A stretch of DNA of 64,000 bases from a virus (taxonomy: Duplodnaviria; Caudoviricetes). The notes beneath the pieces are model-generated. The model ran no database searches and had not been told where the DNA came from. It saw nothing but the letters and a program-made list of their open reading frames with translations. Of this stretch, positions 44,446-53,751 are shown one piece after another. How positions within the stretch are numbered: the stretch's first letter is position 1; each line of letters starts with the position of its first letter. Both the position numbers and the translations under genes were made by a program. The stretch is from the IMG/VR virus record IMGVR_UViG_3300037067_027616, positions 352,001 to 416,000 of that record. The stretch is one strand, 5' to 3'.

Positions 44446-45615
44446 ATGGCATCGGAAAACATAGACATAGACAGCCTTCTTGGGGCAATCCCGAAGGTAA
44501 ATGATACCCCGCAACCTGTGGTAGATACCGGGGTTGATTCATTACTGTCACGTTTATCTGTTTGGTCAGAAGGTTGCCGTGACGTGCCTGTTGATTTACG
44601 ACAACTTTCATTCAAATCTGATGATGGAAGCATGTGGTTAGAACTTCCAGAAGGTCACGTTCTTCGTAGGATTGACTTCAAACGTGACCCTGCCAACCCG
44701 AAGGACCCCAAAATTCTTCATTCACAAAAGCAGCTCTGCAGGGTACTCGGGATACCCCATGGGTTTTTCATGAATAACAGGCCCTCATTGAGGGAATCCA
44801 TGGTACGCACATGGCAGTCTGGCCTTGAAACCGATGACAAACGATCTAAATGCGTGGCACGTATAAGGGAGGGTGGCAACATTGTCATGCTCCGGGCATT
44901 GTTACCTGAAAGAGCCGTCCCGCCTCGTGTCCAAGATATTATAGGCACCGTCAATACTTGTTTTGGTAAATCAGTCCGGGTAGCATTCTCCCACGGCGAT
45001 GACAGAGACGATTTGATGCTCCATGCGAGATTTTTGCTTGGTGACAAAATTGTGACCAAGGACGGAAAAAATCTGTGCATTGGTTTCGACATTGTGTTTT
45101 CTGAACTCGGCGCATGTCCCATGACTGTTGATGCCATATTATGTGACGAAGAACATTCCGTAACGTATGTGGCTTCCTACGGTGGGGAACCATTCTTCTC
45201 CTCCAAGTACGAGGGCCTTCAGCCCAAAGAGGTAGCTGAGATGTTCCCGGGGCTGTTGACGAGGATACGTGCGGAAGTACCTGAGATGTCTGATGCTATA
45301 CAGTCCGCAAACGATGGAGTATATTCGGTGAAGCAGGACTGCGTTTTCATAACACGTGGCAAGGGCATAACAGCCGCCATGAGGAAATCAGTATTTCATG
45401 AGGTGACACAGGCGACTGATATTGTAACAAGGTTGGATCTCGCCAGGCATGTGTCATTGGTGGCAAAGGATTTTGACAGTTTGAAGGGGCTTGCCCTTGA
45501 AAGGGCGGCTGGTCGCTACATAAACCTATGCTTCGCGAGGTCGATGCCTGAAGCACAGAAGGAGAACACGGATGTCGGAAGCGCCGGAAAAACAGAAGAC
45601 CCTGTCGTTGGGTGA
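44446..45615 (+). CDS. Hypothetical protein (DUF932-like recombination-associated family possible)
   Basis: 'QLCRVLGIP..F', 'RALL', 'IGFDIVFSELG' resemble DUF932-like phage proteins; weak. Confidence 0.45.
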   Translation: MASENIDIDSLLGAIPKVNDTPQPVVDTGVDSLLSRLSVWSEGCRDVPVDLRQLSFKSDDGSMWLELPEGHVLRRIDFKRDPANPKDPKILHSQKQLCRVLGIPHGFFMNNRPSLRESMVRTWQSGLETDDKRSKCVARIREGGNIVMLRALLPERAVPPRVQDIIGTVNTCFGKSVRVAFSHGDDRDDLMLHARFLLGDKIVTKDGKNLCIGFDIVFSELGACPMTVDAILCDEEHSVTYVASYGGEPFFSSKYEGLQPKEVAEMFPGLLTRIRAEVPEMSDAIQSANDGVYSVKQDCVFITRGKGITAAMRKSVFHEVTQATDIVTRLDLARHVSLVAKDFDSLKGLALERAAGRYINLCFARSMPEAQKENTDVGSAGKTEDPVVG

Positions 45616-46093
45616 GCGGGTAGATAAGCAGAACTTGCAGATCATCGTACAACGCGTGATGGCTGCGCGTAAGGTGATAGACGAGGCAAGGCTGACGGAC
45701 AAGGACGGCGTGAAATACGAGGAATTTACGCACAAGTGTAATGACGTGGAGTACGTGATCCGACCCAGCCACGTCACCATCGATGAGGTGGCCGCATTCG
45801 GAAGCAGCAAATGTAATGTTTGCTGGGGGAAGGGCTACAAGATTGTGAACCTAGCAAAAGTCACACTCAGAAGCCCCCATGACCATGTCATATTATCGAG
45901 CAGGCCTTTCGATGGACTGTCCGATGAGGACAAGGAAAAAGTAATAGATGAAGAGAAGAAGAGCAAAACATGGAGGGTGCTCCTTCCATGCGATTGCGCG
46001 GTGAAGGCTATTAGCAAGAAAGACAAGGATTTTTATGTGTCTAACGACCGGGCCATTATGTTCCGGGTCACATATGAAGAGAAGACAAAATGA
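45572..46093 (+). CDS. Hypothetical Zn-binding protein
   Basis: CNVCWGKG…PCDC. Confidence 0.6.
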   Translation: MSEAPEKQKTLSLGERVDKQNLQIIVQRVMAARKVIDEARLTDKDGVKYEEFTHKCNDVEYVIRPSHVTIDEVAAFGSSKCNVCWGKGYKIVNLAKVTLRSPHDHVILSSRPFDGLSDEDKEKVIDEEKKSKTWRVLLPCDCAVKAISKKDKDFYVSNDRAIMFRVTYEEKTK

Positions 46094-46542
46094 CACCCGT
46101 TGATATGTTGGACATCCCAGGGAGTCCCGTAGCCCCAGATGCTGAGGCTATCGGTGATTGCTTCCGGGCTTGTGTCGCCAGCATCTTCGACTTAAAGGCT
46201 GATGATGTTCCTCATTTCTTGAGGATTGACAAAAAAGCCGGGTTTCATTGGACGTACACGCTTGACCAATGGTTGGCACCACAAGGGCTGTGGTATTGTG
46301 ATTTCCCGGCAGAGGACAAGACGTGGTCTGTCTTCGTCCCTAGTGATGGCATCTACGCCATAGCAAGTGGTGTTTCACCGCGTTATAGTAACCGTAGACA
46401 TTCCGTGGTGGTGAGGTTGCACCGATATGAAGGTGTGAAGATGGTACACGATCCACATCCGTCACGTGCAGGGATAGTCGATGGTAAATTTAAATATCTG
46501 GGCATGTTCATGAGCCGAAGATTCATATGCCGGGGAGTATAA
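46090..46542 (+). CDS. Putative papain-like (C39-like) cysteine peptidase
   Basis: GDCFRACVAS…HSVV…VHDP gives the Cys-His-Asp order. Confidence 0.55.
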   Translation: MTPVDMLDIPGSPVAPDAEAIGDCFRACVASIFDLKADDVPHFLRIDKKAGFHWTYTLDQWLAPQGLWYCDFPAEDKTWSVFVPSDGIYAIASGVSPRYSNRRHSVVVRLHRYEGVKMVHDPHPSRAGIVDGKFKYLGMFMSRRFICRGV

Positions 46543-46543
46543 G

Positions 46544-48526
46544 ATGCAAGTGTCCGCTGACCTTCAAAACAAAATAGCCCAGCTCGAGAAGTATGATGAC
46601 GCCTACCATAATGGCAAGGCGATTATATCTGATGCTGCCTACGACTTGTTCAAGGACTCGATACTGCGTCAACTACCACCGGACCACGATTTGCTTTCGA
46701 AGGTGGGACACGCGCCAAGCAGTGCTTGGCCAAAGGAGAAGCATACCATCTTCATGGGTTCGCAGAACAAGGCGACCACCGAGGACGAAATAAAAGCATG
46801 GGTAAAGGACGCCCTTGCGCGCGTGGGAGTGAAGGCTGCCAAGTTCATATTGCAACACAAGTTAGATGGTTTCTCATTGGAAATGAAATACACCGCCTCG
46901 AAACTTTCGTCAGCGGTTACCCGCGGAGATGGCTCCATGGGGGAAAACGTCACCCCGAACGCGAGGCTTTTCCGTGGGGTACCTACCGTACTTCCCATCG
47001 CAAATACCCTTGCCGTAAGGGGAGAAGGCGTCATACCGAACAAGATGTATGCCGATTTGCAGAAGAAGGTCGGTGACAAATACGAGAACCCCAGGAACGC
47101 GGCCAGCGGTATAAGCAGAAGGTTGGATGGAAGTCATAGTACCTACATCCACGTAATAGCCTACGATGTCACCGGAAAAGCAAAGACGGAAACCGAGAAG
47201 ATCGAGGCCCTCAAGAAGCTCGGGTTCAACACAGTCCCTACCTATGAGTGTGAAACTGAAGGGGAAATCCTTTCCTGGTATCGCAAATTCAAGGCGGAAC
47301 GTGACAAGTTGCCCTACGCGATAGATGGCCTCGTGTTGAAATTTGACAGCATCGAACTGCAGGAAGTCGCCGGAGTAGAGAAAAACAAGCCCCTTGGTCA
47401 AGTCGCCCTAAAATTTGAGTCAGACCAGGCGCTTACCTCTGTAGCGGGTATAGCTCTTCAAGTCGGGCGCACGGGTAGGATCACACCCGTGGCGGAGTTC
47501 ACCCCGGTCAAACTCATGGGAACCACGGTAGCAAGGGCCTCTCTCCACAACTTCGATTACATTAAAGAAAAGTTTATCGGCATCGGCGCCGAGGTTACTA
47601 TCGAGAAGAGGGGAGACATCATACCCCAAATCGTAGAGGTCGTCAATCCTGGTAAGGGATACGATAAACCGGACACGTGTCCATCTTGCGGATCAAAATT
47701 GTATGACGATGGAGTCAACTTGTGGTGCTTTGGTGCACGGTGCCGTGACAGAGATGTGGCGCGTATTGCCTATTGGCTTGAAACAATCAATGTCAAAGGT
47801 TTTTCCGGAAGGTTCGTTGACACGTTGTATGGCATGGGGAAAGTAAAATCCGTCGCTGACCTTTACACGCTCACGGAGCAGGATCTTGCATCAGTGCAGG
47901 GCCTTGGTCAGAAAACCATTGTGACATTCTTGAAGGCCCTTAAGTCAACATCGGAGATGCACCTTTCCAAGTTCATAACCGCATTGGGGATATCTGGTTG
48001 TGCTACATCGACTGCGGAACTACTCATGGAGAAATTCGGTTCATGGGACGCCGTGTCATCCGCCAAGGAAGATGATTTGGTGAAGATATCGGGCATCGGT
48101 GATGTGTCCGCCGCGACACTCGTGGAGGGCGTGCGTGAAGTTGATGCCATGGCGCGGGACATACTCAAAGCCGTGAAAATCAAAAAGAAGGTGGACGGCC
48201 CATTATCAGGCAAGTCTTTTTGCGTAACGGGGTCGTTGGCATCGATGGATCGAAAGTCATTCCAGGAGTTTGTTATCGAGCGCGGAGGGACTGCAAAGAC
48301 GAGCGTTTCATCGGATCTCGGTTATCTCGTCACGAATGACCCTACCAGTGGCAGTTCGAAGAATGATAAGGCCCGGAAAATGGGTGTCAAGGTGATATCC
48401 GAGGATGAGTTCTTCAAGATAGCAGGCGGGCGCCCAGAAATACCTACGACAGGAAACTCTGAACCAGTGGCAGACAAAGGAGTTCAAATAATTACCGAGA
48501 GCCTTTTTGAGGATCCCGGCAAATGA
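46544..48526 (+). CDS. ligA: NAD-dependent DNA ligase with BRCT
   Basis: KLDG, TRGDG..GENVT, RGE, NPRNAASG, DGLVLK, GRTG, C4 Zn finger, HhH, BRCT (VTGSL…KARKMGV). Confidence 0.97.
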   Translation: MQVSADLQNKIAQLEKYDDAYHNGKAIISDAAYDLFKDSILRQLPPDHDLLSKVGHAPSSAWPKEKHTIFMGSQNKATTEDEIKAWVKDALARVGVKAAKFILQHKLDGFSLEMKYTASKLSSAVTRGDGSMGENVTPNARLFRGVPTVLPIANTLAVRGEGVIPNKMYADLQKKVGDKYENPRNAASGISRRLDGSHSTYIHVIAYDVTGKAKTETEKIEALKKLGFNTVPTYECETEGEILSWYRKFKAERDKLPYAIDGLVLKFDSIELQEVAGVEKNKPLGQVALKFESDQALTSVAGIALQVGRTGRITPVAEFTPVKLMGTTVARASLHNFDYIKEKFIGIGAEVTIEKRGDIIPQIVEVVNPGKGYDKPDTCPSCGSKLYDDGVNLWCFGARCRDRDVARIAYWLETINVKGFSGRFVDTLYGMGKVKSVADLYTLTEQDLASVQGLGQKTIVTFLKALKSTSEMHLSKFITALGISGCATSTAELLMEKFGSWDAVSSAKEDDLVKISGIGDVSAATLVEGVREVDAMARDILKAVKIKKKVDGPLSGKSFCVTGSLASMDRKSFQEFVIERGGTAKTSVSSDLGYLVTNDPTSGSSKNDKARKMGVKVISEDEFFKIAGGRPEIPTTGNSEPVADKGVQIITESLFEDPGK

Positions 48527-48539
48527 TTGGGACATTCCC

Positions 48540-48779
48540 ATGTTGACCATCAATTTGAAATCCGGCAGGAGCATGAGTTTCAACCTCAAATCATTCGAAA
48601 GGGAGAAGGCTTTGCATGATGCCTGGTACTCAATGCATGGTGACCCCGTGTACGCCAACAAGAAGTTCCGGGTAATAACCATGGCTGGGGCAAAATTTGA
48701 GGTCGCCGTGGATGATATAACTTCGATGGATTTCCAAGAAGCGGAGTATTACAAAGTGTCCCCCGAGGAGGTAAGATGA
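48540..48779 (+). CDS. Small hypothetical protein
   Basis: ATG at 48540; fills gap and overlaps the next start. Confidence 0.5.
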   Translation: MLTINLKSGRSMSFNLKSFEREKALHDAWYSMHGDPVYANKKFRVITMAGAKFEVAVDDITSMDFQEAEYYKVSPEEVR

Positions 48780-49291
48780 GCGCGTTTAATATTCCTGATT
48801 GGGATACCTATTACATGTCCATGGCTTATTTGTGTGCCACGAGGAGCAAGGATCCTGACACACATGTTGGGGCTGTTATAGTAGGTCCGGACAATGAAGT
48901 TCGATCCACAGGGTACAACGGATTGCCACGGGACATGGACGATGACAAGCCGGAAAGGTTCGCCAGACCGGAGAAGTATTTGTGGTTCGAACACGCGGAG
49001 CGCAACGCAATATATAACGCGGCGCGAGTGGGAATACCACTGTTTGGGTGTCGAATATATGTATGTGGACTCCCGTGTTGCGATTGCTCCAGGGCTATTG
49101 TACAGTCTGGAATATCTGTGGTCGTTACCGACCACGATTGGGACGAGGCTGACAATCGACCCGAATGGAAGGTCAGCATCGGTAAATCGTTGGCCATGCT
49201 CAGAGAGGCCGGTGTATCCGTGAAGCATTGGCAGGGAGACATCGTGAAGGTCGTGCGCCTCCAAAGAGGCGTAAATTTAAGGGACACATGA
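48776..49291 (+). CDS. dCMP deaminase
   Basis: RSKDP..VGAVIV, GYNG, HAERNAI, PCCDC. Confidence 0.95.
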   Translation: MSAFNIPDWDTYYMSMAYLCATRSKDPDTHVGAVIVGPDNEVRSTGYNGLPRDMDDDKPERFARPEKYLWFEHAERNAIYNAARVGIPLFGCRIYVCGLPCCDCSRAIVQSGISVVVTDHDWDEADNRPEWKVSIGKSLAMLREAGVSVKHWQGDIVKVVRLQRGVNLRDT

Positions 49292-49443
49292 AGTTTATCG
49301 TTAAAGTAGCAATGGTGTTTTTTGTGGTAACTTTTTCCGCATTGATGATGGTGGCGGTTTCCCCTGTTATTTTGCTTACCTTGTTCGATGAAACTATGCG
49401 ATTTTTATGCCCGCGCAACTACCAAAAAGGAGAGAAGAGATGA
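49288..49443 (+). CDS. Small membrane protein
   Basis: Hydrophobic 51-aa ORF with ATGA overlaps at both ends. Confidence 0.5.
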   Translation: MKFIVKVAMVFFVVTFSALMMVAVSPVILLTLFDETMRFLCPRNYQKGEKR

Positions 49444-50324
49444 AGCTCAAGGATCTTGTGATCAGCCCATGCAACGTACGCCAACCACACGATGATGACG
49501 ATGTTGGGTTGCTTGCTGAATCCATCAAGGAGAATCATCTCATCAGCAAGCTTATACTCCGTAAGGGTAAGAAGGACAAGTATGAAGTCGTTGCTGGTCA
49601 ACGTCGTTTCAAGGCCATGATGAAAGCTTTTGGGGAAGATTATGACCTCAAGGATTCTGACTATGTCCTTAACGAGGATATGTCGGATGACAATGCTTTT
49701 TTGATGTCCCTTGAAGAGAACCAGCAGCGTCTTGGGCTTACCCCCATGGAATTGTGCCAAGCGGCGCTCAAGTTGAACCAAATGGGATTGAAGGATAAAG
49801 ACGTAGCCAACAAGCTTAACGTCACCGCGCACCGCCTCAAGAGGATACAAACGCTTCAACAAGATGCACGCAAGATGCCTGAAGCGGCCAGGGCGGAATT
49901 AAACAAGACCGTTGAAGAATCAAAATTTACGGACGCGCATTGGGACAAACTTCGCACCATCGAAAAGCCGGATGTCGTCAAGGATGCCGTCGACTACATC
50001 ATATCGCATGAGGCCCCTGCGAGGGACGTCCCAGGCATCGTGATGGGCGTGGAGAGGAAATACGAGGCTTCAGAAGGTGCCGAGAAGAGTGATACCGGGG
50101 GTAAGGCCTCATCCGCACCCACCCAAGAACCGGATACGGGGACGGCCGTCTACGAGCATAAAGGAGAACTGACGCTCGTGGAAAAAGACGGGAAGATGTC
50201 CTTCATGGTGCAAGGTAAAGGGGAGGATGAAGAAGTCCCCGTGGATCATTATCTTGAGTACCTTCGCAGGCCGGATAAGTTCAGGTGCCAGGTCAGTTTG
50301 AAGTTGAAGTTCTTCCCCTCCTGA
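49440..50324 (+). CDS. ParB/Spo0J-like protein
   Basis: NVR…LAESIK..L…YEVVAGQRRF.A, SLEENQQR..LTPME, HTH. Confidence 0.9.
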   Translation: MKLKDLVISPCNVRQPHDDDDVGLLAESIKENHLISKLILRKGKKDKYEVVAGQRRFKAMMKAFGEDYDLKDSDYVLNEDMSDDNAFLMSLEENQQRLGLTPMELCQAALKLNQMGLKDKDVANKLNVTAHRLKRIQTLQQDARKMPEAARAELNKTVEESKFTDAHWDKLRTIEKPDVVKDAVDYIISHEAPARDVPGIVMGVERKYEASEGAEKSDTGGKASSAPTQEPDTGTAVYEHKGELTLVEKDGKMSFMVQGKGEDEEVPVDHYLEYLRRPDKFRCQVSLKLKFFPS

Positions 50325-50331
50325 TCATCAT

Positions 50332-50368
50332 GCACCGCAAGGCCTTGAAGTATTGGGCCTTGCGGTGT
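50332..50368 (+). terminator. GC-rich hairpin after ParB (terminator/processing signal)
   Basis: GCACCGCAAGGCC / GGCCTTGCGGTGT inverted repeat; weak U-tail. Confidence 0.5.
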
Positions 50369-50447
50369 GTCCTTCTGGTTGTAATACTCTACTATTCGAC
50401 AGACATAATCGGTTACATCAATCAACGCCACTGCATGGAGGCCCTGA

Positions 50448-51758
50448 ATGGCCGATTATTCTGATTTCACATCGATGGGTACCACTTACGATTTCAGCAA
50501 AGGTCCCAAGTCCCTGTACTATGCCAATGGGGATGAGGATCTGTTTGGTTTGGTCCTTAACGTCCCGCAACAGGACGATGACGATGAATGGGGCGGCACC
50601 GAGCGTATAGCCCATGAGAGGACCGCAGATGCCATAGGTAGCCTTCAGGAAATAGTTTCGGATCCTGCAGGTGGGGGCACCGGACTTGTGCAAAAGGTGG
50701 CGGCTCTTGAGGCTATAGTTCTCACCACCGTCCCGGAGATTGACCTAGGGAACGTAGTCGTCAGTGGTGACACGGAATCTATCACGATCGGAACTGATGC
50801 ACTCCTTGACGCCGAAACGCTTCAGCTTGGCGGGGCGACCGCATTCAGGATCGATGAGATTAGTGCAAACCGATATGACATCCTGTACAAAACGAACGAT
50901 GCTATACAATTTTTTGATGACCTGACCAACCCTACGGTGACCATCATCGTAGGCGCAAGTAACTACATTTTCAGTCAGACTTCTTTGACGGTGCCTGGGC
51001 TCTCAATGTCCGGTGACCTTACGGTGTCGGGTGATATCTCTGGAACCAACTTGGCTATTAGCGGTGACGCTGAAATTACCGGGGACATATTGCCGGGTGC
51101 TCCGATGGGTAATATAGGTGCGCCAGCCGTTGATGCCCGTTGGGAAAACGTTTATGCCTTGAATGGAAACTTCTCCGGCACTTTTGCAATAAACGGAGTC
51201 ACTACCCTTAATGACGTTTTGAATGTTACAGGTAACGTGAATGTCACAGGGGATATAGAGGTTACGGGGGACGTCCTTCCTGTTGATGCGGTAAGAAACC
51301 TCGGGGCACCCGCAGTCGATGCCAGATGGCAGAATGTGTACGCTCTGAATGGAAGCTTCTCCGGTGCTATGGCTGTATTGGGCGATATTTATTCAGTGGC
51401 TTTCGTAAGCTACACTTCGACTTTGACAGGGTGGACGGTTGCTACAAACACGTTGTATTACAAAAAGATAGGCAAAACGGTGATTGTGCACGTCTACATC
51501 ACAGGAACGTCAAACAGTGCCACGGCAAATTTCACTCTCCCTGTCGCGATGAACACGTCAGTGACACCGTTGTATTTTGCTCAAGCGGTGGCCGTTGAAG
51601 ACGGCACCACGCCCCTAGCTCCCCCGGGGAGTATCATATTGGTCCCGTCTATGTCGAGCACGGTTGCTTACTGCGGAAAAGACATGTCTGGTCCTGGCAA
51701 TTTCACCGCCAGCGGTTCAAAAAGCATCACAGGAACATTGATATACGAAGCGGCATAA
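50448..51758 (+). CDS. Tail-fibre-like protein with internal duplication
   Basis: Two 'GD.LP…N.GAPAVDARW.NVYALNG.FSG' repeats; C-terminal 'YKKIGKTV.V…FTLP' fibre tip motif. Confidence 0.7.
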   Translation: MADYSDFTSMGTTYDFSKGPKSLYYANGDEDLFGLVLNVPQQDDDDEWGGTERIAHERTADAIGSLQEIVSDPAGGGTGLVQKVAALEAIVLTTVPEIDLGNVVVSGDTESITIGTDALLDAETLQLGGATAFRIDEISANRYDILYKTNDAIQFFDDLTNPTVTIIVGASNYIFSQTSLTVPGLSMSGDLTVSGDISGTNLAISGDAEITGDILPGAPMGNIGAPAVDARWENVYALNGNFSGTFAINGVTTLNDVLNVTGNVNVTGDIEVTGDVLPVDAVRNLGAPAVDARWQNVYALNGSFSGAMAVLGDIYSVAFVSYTSTLTGWTVATNTLYYKKIGKTVIVHVYITGTSNSATANFTLPVAMNTSVTPLYFAQAVAVEDGTTPLAPPGSIILVPSMSSTVAYCGKDMSGPGNFTASGSKSITGTLIYEAA

Positions 51759-51780
51759 ATAAAATGAAAGGAACATCCAC

Positions 51781-52191
51781 ATGGAGATCAAAATCAGAAA
51801 TGGTTTTTTGGTAAAGCCTGAGTTTCTGCAGCTTGTCGAGCGACTCCTACAGACGAGGCCCATGCCGGCGAAGGCATGCCTCGACATAAACGCAGCCATC
51901 GACAAGATGACTTCGCAGATCAACACGATACGCCGCACGCGCAATGACATCATAATGAGATACTGTGTGAAAGATAAAGACGGTATCCCGGTAACCGATG
52001 GAAACAAGTACACGTTCCCGGATGACAAAGCAAAACAGGTGTGCTTCAAGGAAATAGGCGATGTGGAGAAAGAGTTCTTCACCGTGGATATCTTGGAGCA
52101 GATAACTATGTACGATGACGAAACAATCACCCCTGTTGAATTGCGGGTGTTGGGCGACCTCGTAAAGGTCGTTGAAAGGCCGAAAGCATGA
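51781..52191 (+). CDS. Hypothetical protein (possible fibre chaperone)
   Basis: Helical; follows fibre gene; 'R..II..YC.KD.DG' pattern seen in small proteins following fibre genes. Confidence 0.5.
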   Translation: MEIKIRNGFLVKPEFLQLVERLLQTRPMPAKACLDINAAIDKMTSQINTIRRTRNDIIMRYCVKDKDGIPVTDGNKYTFPDDKAKQVCFKEIGDVEKEFFTVDILEQITMYDDETITPVELRVLGDLVKVVERPKA

Positions 52192-52511
52192 ATTCTCTAA
52201 AGGTTAAGGAAGCAGTGGATCACGCCAAAAAGGTTTCAGAGGCTTATGGTGTCAACATAGTCAAAGAAACCATTGAGTTGTTGAAAGAAGCCTCCGAGAT
52301 GATCGACAAGGATGATGAAAATCTTTCAACCTTGGCGGATGTTTGGTATGATGCGGGTGATAGTATCCTGAGGAGAGCTTTTCTCGGCACCGAGGGACAC
52401 ATGAGTTCCAAACAATCGGTAGTGATGAAGGCGGAGTGCAAGACTCTGGCGGAAGTCCTTTCCGAGGAGTTTGATACGGTTGAGGAGATAGAAAAAACCT
52501 TAGGGGGTTGA
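52188..52511 (+). CDS. Hypothetical protein
   Basis: ATGA overlap with the upstream gene. Confidence 0.55.
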   Translation: MNSLKVKEAVDHAKKVSEAYGVNIVKETIELLKEASEMIDKDDENLSTLADVWYDAGDSILRRAFLGTEGHMSSKQSVVMKAECKTLAEVLSEEFDTVEEIEKTLGG

Positions 52512-52536
52512 CATCCTTCAGGTTTTGGTATATATT
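52508..52536 (+). promoter_or_regulatory. Sigma70-type promoter
   Basis: TTGACA-17 nt-TATATT. Confidence 0.8.
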
Positions 52537-52679
52537 TGCTTCGTCAGCGTTGACAGATACACATCCAGATGCAAAGGCGAACATGCAGCCTTGAACGCAT
52601 GTGCGGGAGAGCCGCCGCAGCCCCGAGATGCTCAAGACAGCAGGCCCTGACAAGCCTGCACCACATAGGGGAGTATCCT

Positions 52680-53687
52680 ATGAACCGCAGTACGTTGTCC
52701 CTCCAAGACCGTGTCCAAAAGGCCGCGGAAGTTCTCAAGTGTGACAGTGACAAGATCAAGCAGGCCCTTGAGGGTCTCGGCATCGAGATCGGCGATGAGT
52801 TTGCCGAAGGCCTCATCGATGCTGAAACCACTACGGAAGCCATGATCCAAAGTAAGTTGCGTGACTTCCTTGGACACGGTCTTGACCCGAAGACGGCACC
52901 CAAATCGGCGCGCTTGGCCGCTGCGACTGCCATCTTGAAAGGTAAGGATCCGTTCAAGAAGGAAGAGGAGAAGCCGACTGATGCTCCGTCCGTGAAGCTC
53001 GACACATCGAGTTCCACAGGTTCGTCAGGGGCCGACCTCGTAGTCAAACACCTCGAATCCTTGCGTCCTATCCCGACGTACAAGGATCGTGAACTGCTCG
53101 AGAAATATGCGAGCGTTCGTGATTATGATATTGAGCGGGAATTGGACTTGCGTAGTCGCGGACAGCCGTTCGTGGTTTTGAAGGACGGTGAGAAGCGGGA
53201 ACCAGGCAAAGAGGTCATCGACATTGACTACAGCATGGATCTTCTGAAAAGGGCACGCAGGGGCAAGGTGAACAGCACGATCGTTCCCTACGGAAATAAG
53301 GTAGCCAACGTCTATCGCATCACCGAACTGAACATGGACGACCGTAAGGTCGAATTGTGTCCGATCTGTGGCGAGACGCTCTACAAAGGCTACTGCGAGA
53401 AGTGCGAACTGAATTTTCAAGCAATTGGAAAGGATGAGCGCTCCTACATGAGGGTCATTATTGACCACTCGATCAGTTTCCAGAGGGGTAGCTTCGCTGA
53501 CCGCAAAGCTCTGCATGCCAGTGCCACTAAAGGATTGGGTGACCTCAGGGCGACATGGCCGAGTGTGAGTGCTCTTTTTGATGACTTGAAGGAGACAGAT
53601 AGTCTTCCGAAGCTTGTGCTCATCGAGAACAGGCCCAGCAGGACCATCGCCGATCCGTTCCACGTCGCAGGTAATCGGTCGTACTAG
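52680..53687 (+). CDS. Hypothetical protein with Zn ribbon
   Basis: Start reassigned to ATG 52680 (ggggag RBS); CPIC…CEKC. Confidence 0.65.
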   Translation: MNRSTLSLQDRVQKAAEVLKCDSDKIKQALEGLGIEIGDEFAEGLIDAETTTEAMIQSKLRDFLGHGLDPKTAPKSARLAAATAILKGKDPFKKEEEKPTDAPSVKLDTSSSTGSSGADLVVKHLESLRPIPTYKDRELLEKYASVRDYDIERELDLRSRGQPFVVLKDGEKREPGKEVIDIDYSMDLLKRARRGKVNSTIVPYGNKVANVYRITELNMDDRKVELCPICGETLYKGYCEKCELNFQAIGKDERSYMRVIIDHSISFQRGSFADRKALHASATKGLGDLRATWPSVSALFDDLKETDSLPKLVLIENRPSRTIADPFHVAGNRSY

Positions 53688-53693
53688 CAAAAC

Positions 53694-53733
53694 AGGAAGG
53701 TGACGGGGATTGCTTTCCTCGTCACCTTCCTTT
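53694..53733 (+). terminator. Intergenic 16-bp hairpin
   Basis: AGGAAGGTGACGGGGA / TCCTCGTCACCTTCCT followed by a short T run. Confidence 0.55.
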
Positions 53734-53751
53734 CACCTTGCCTTGGAGGGC

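Noticed and set aside
35022-48526. Inteins or introns in helicases, polymerase or ligase
   Set aside because: Motif spacing is normal, with no intein C/S…HN boundaries or homing endonuclease motifs.
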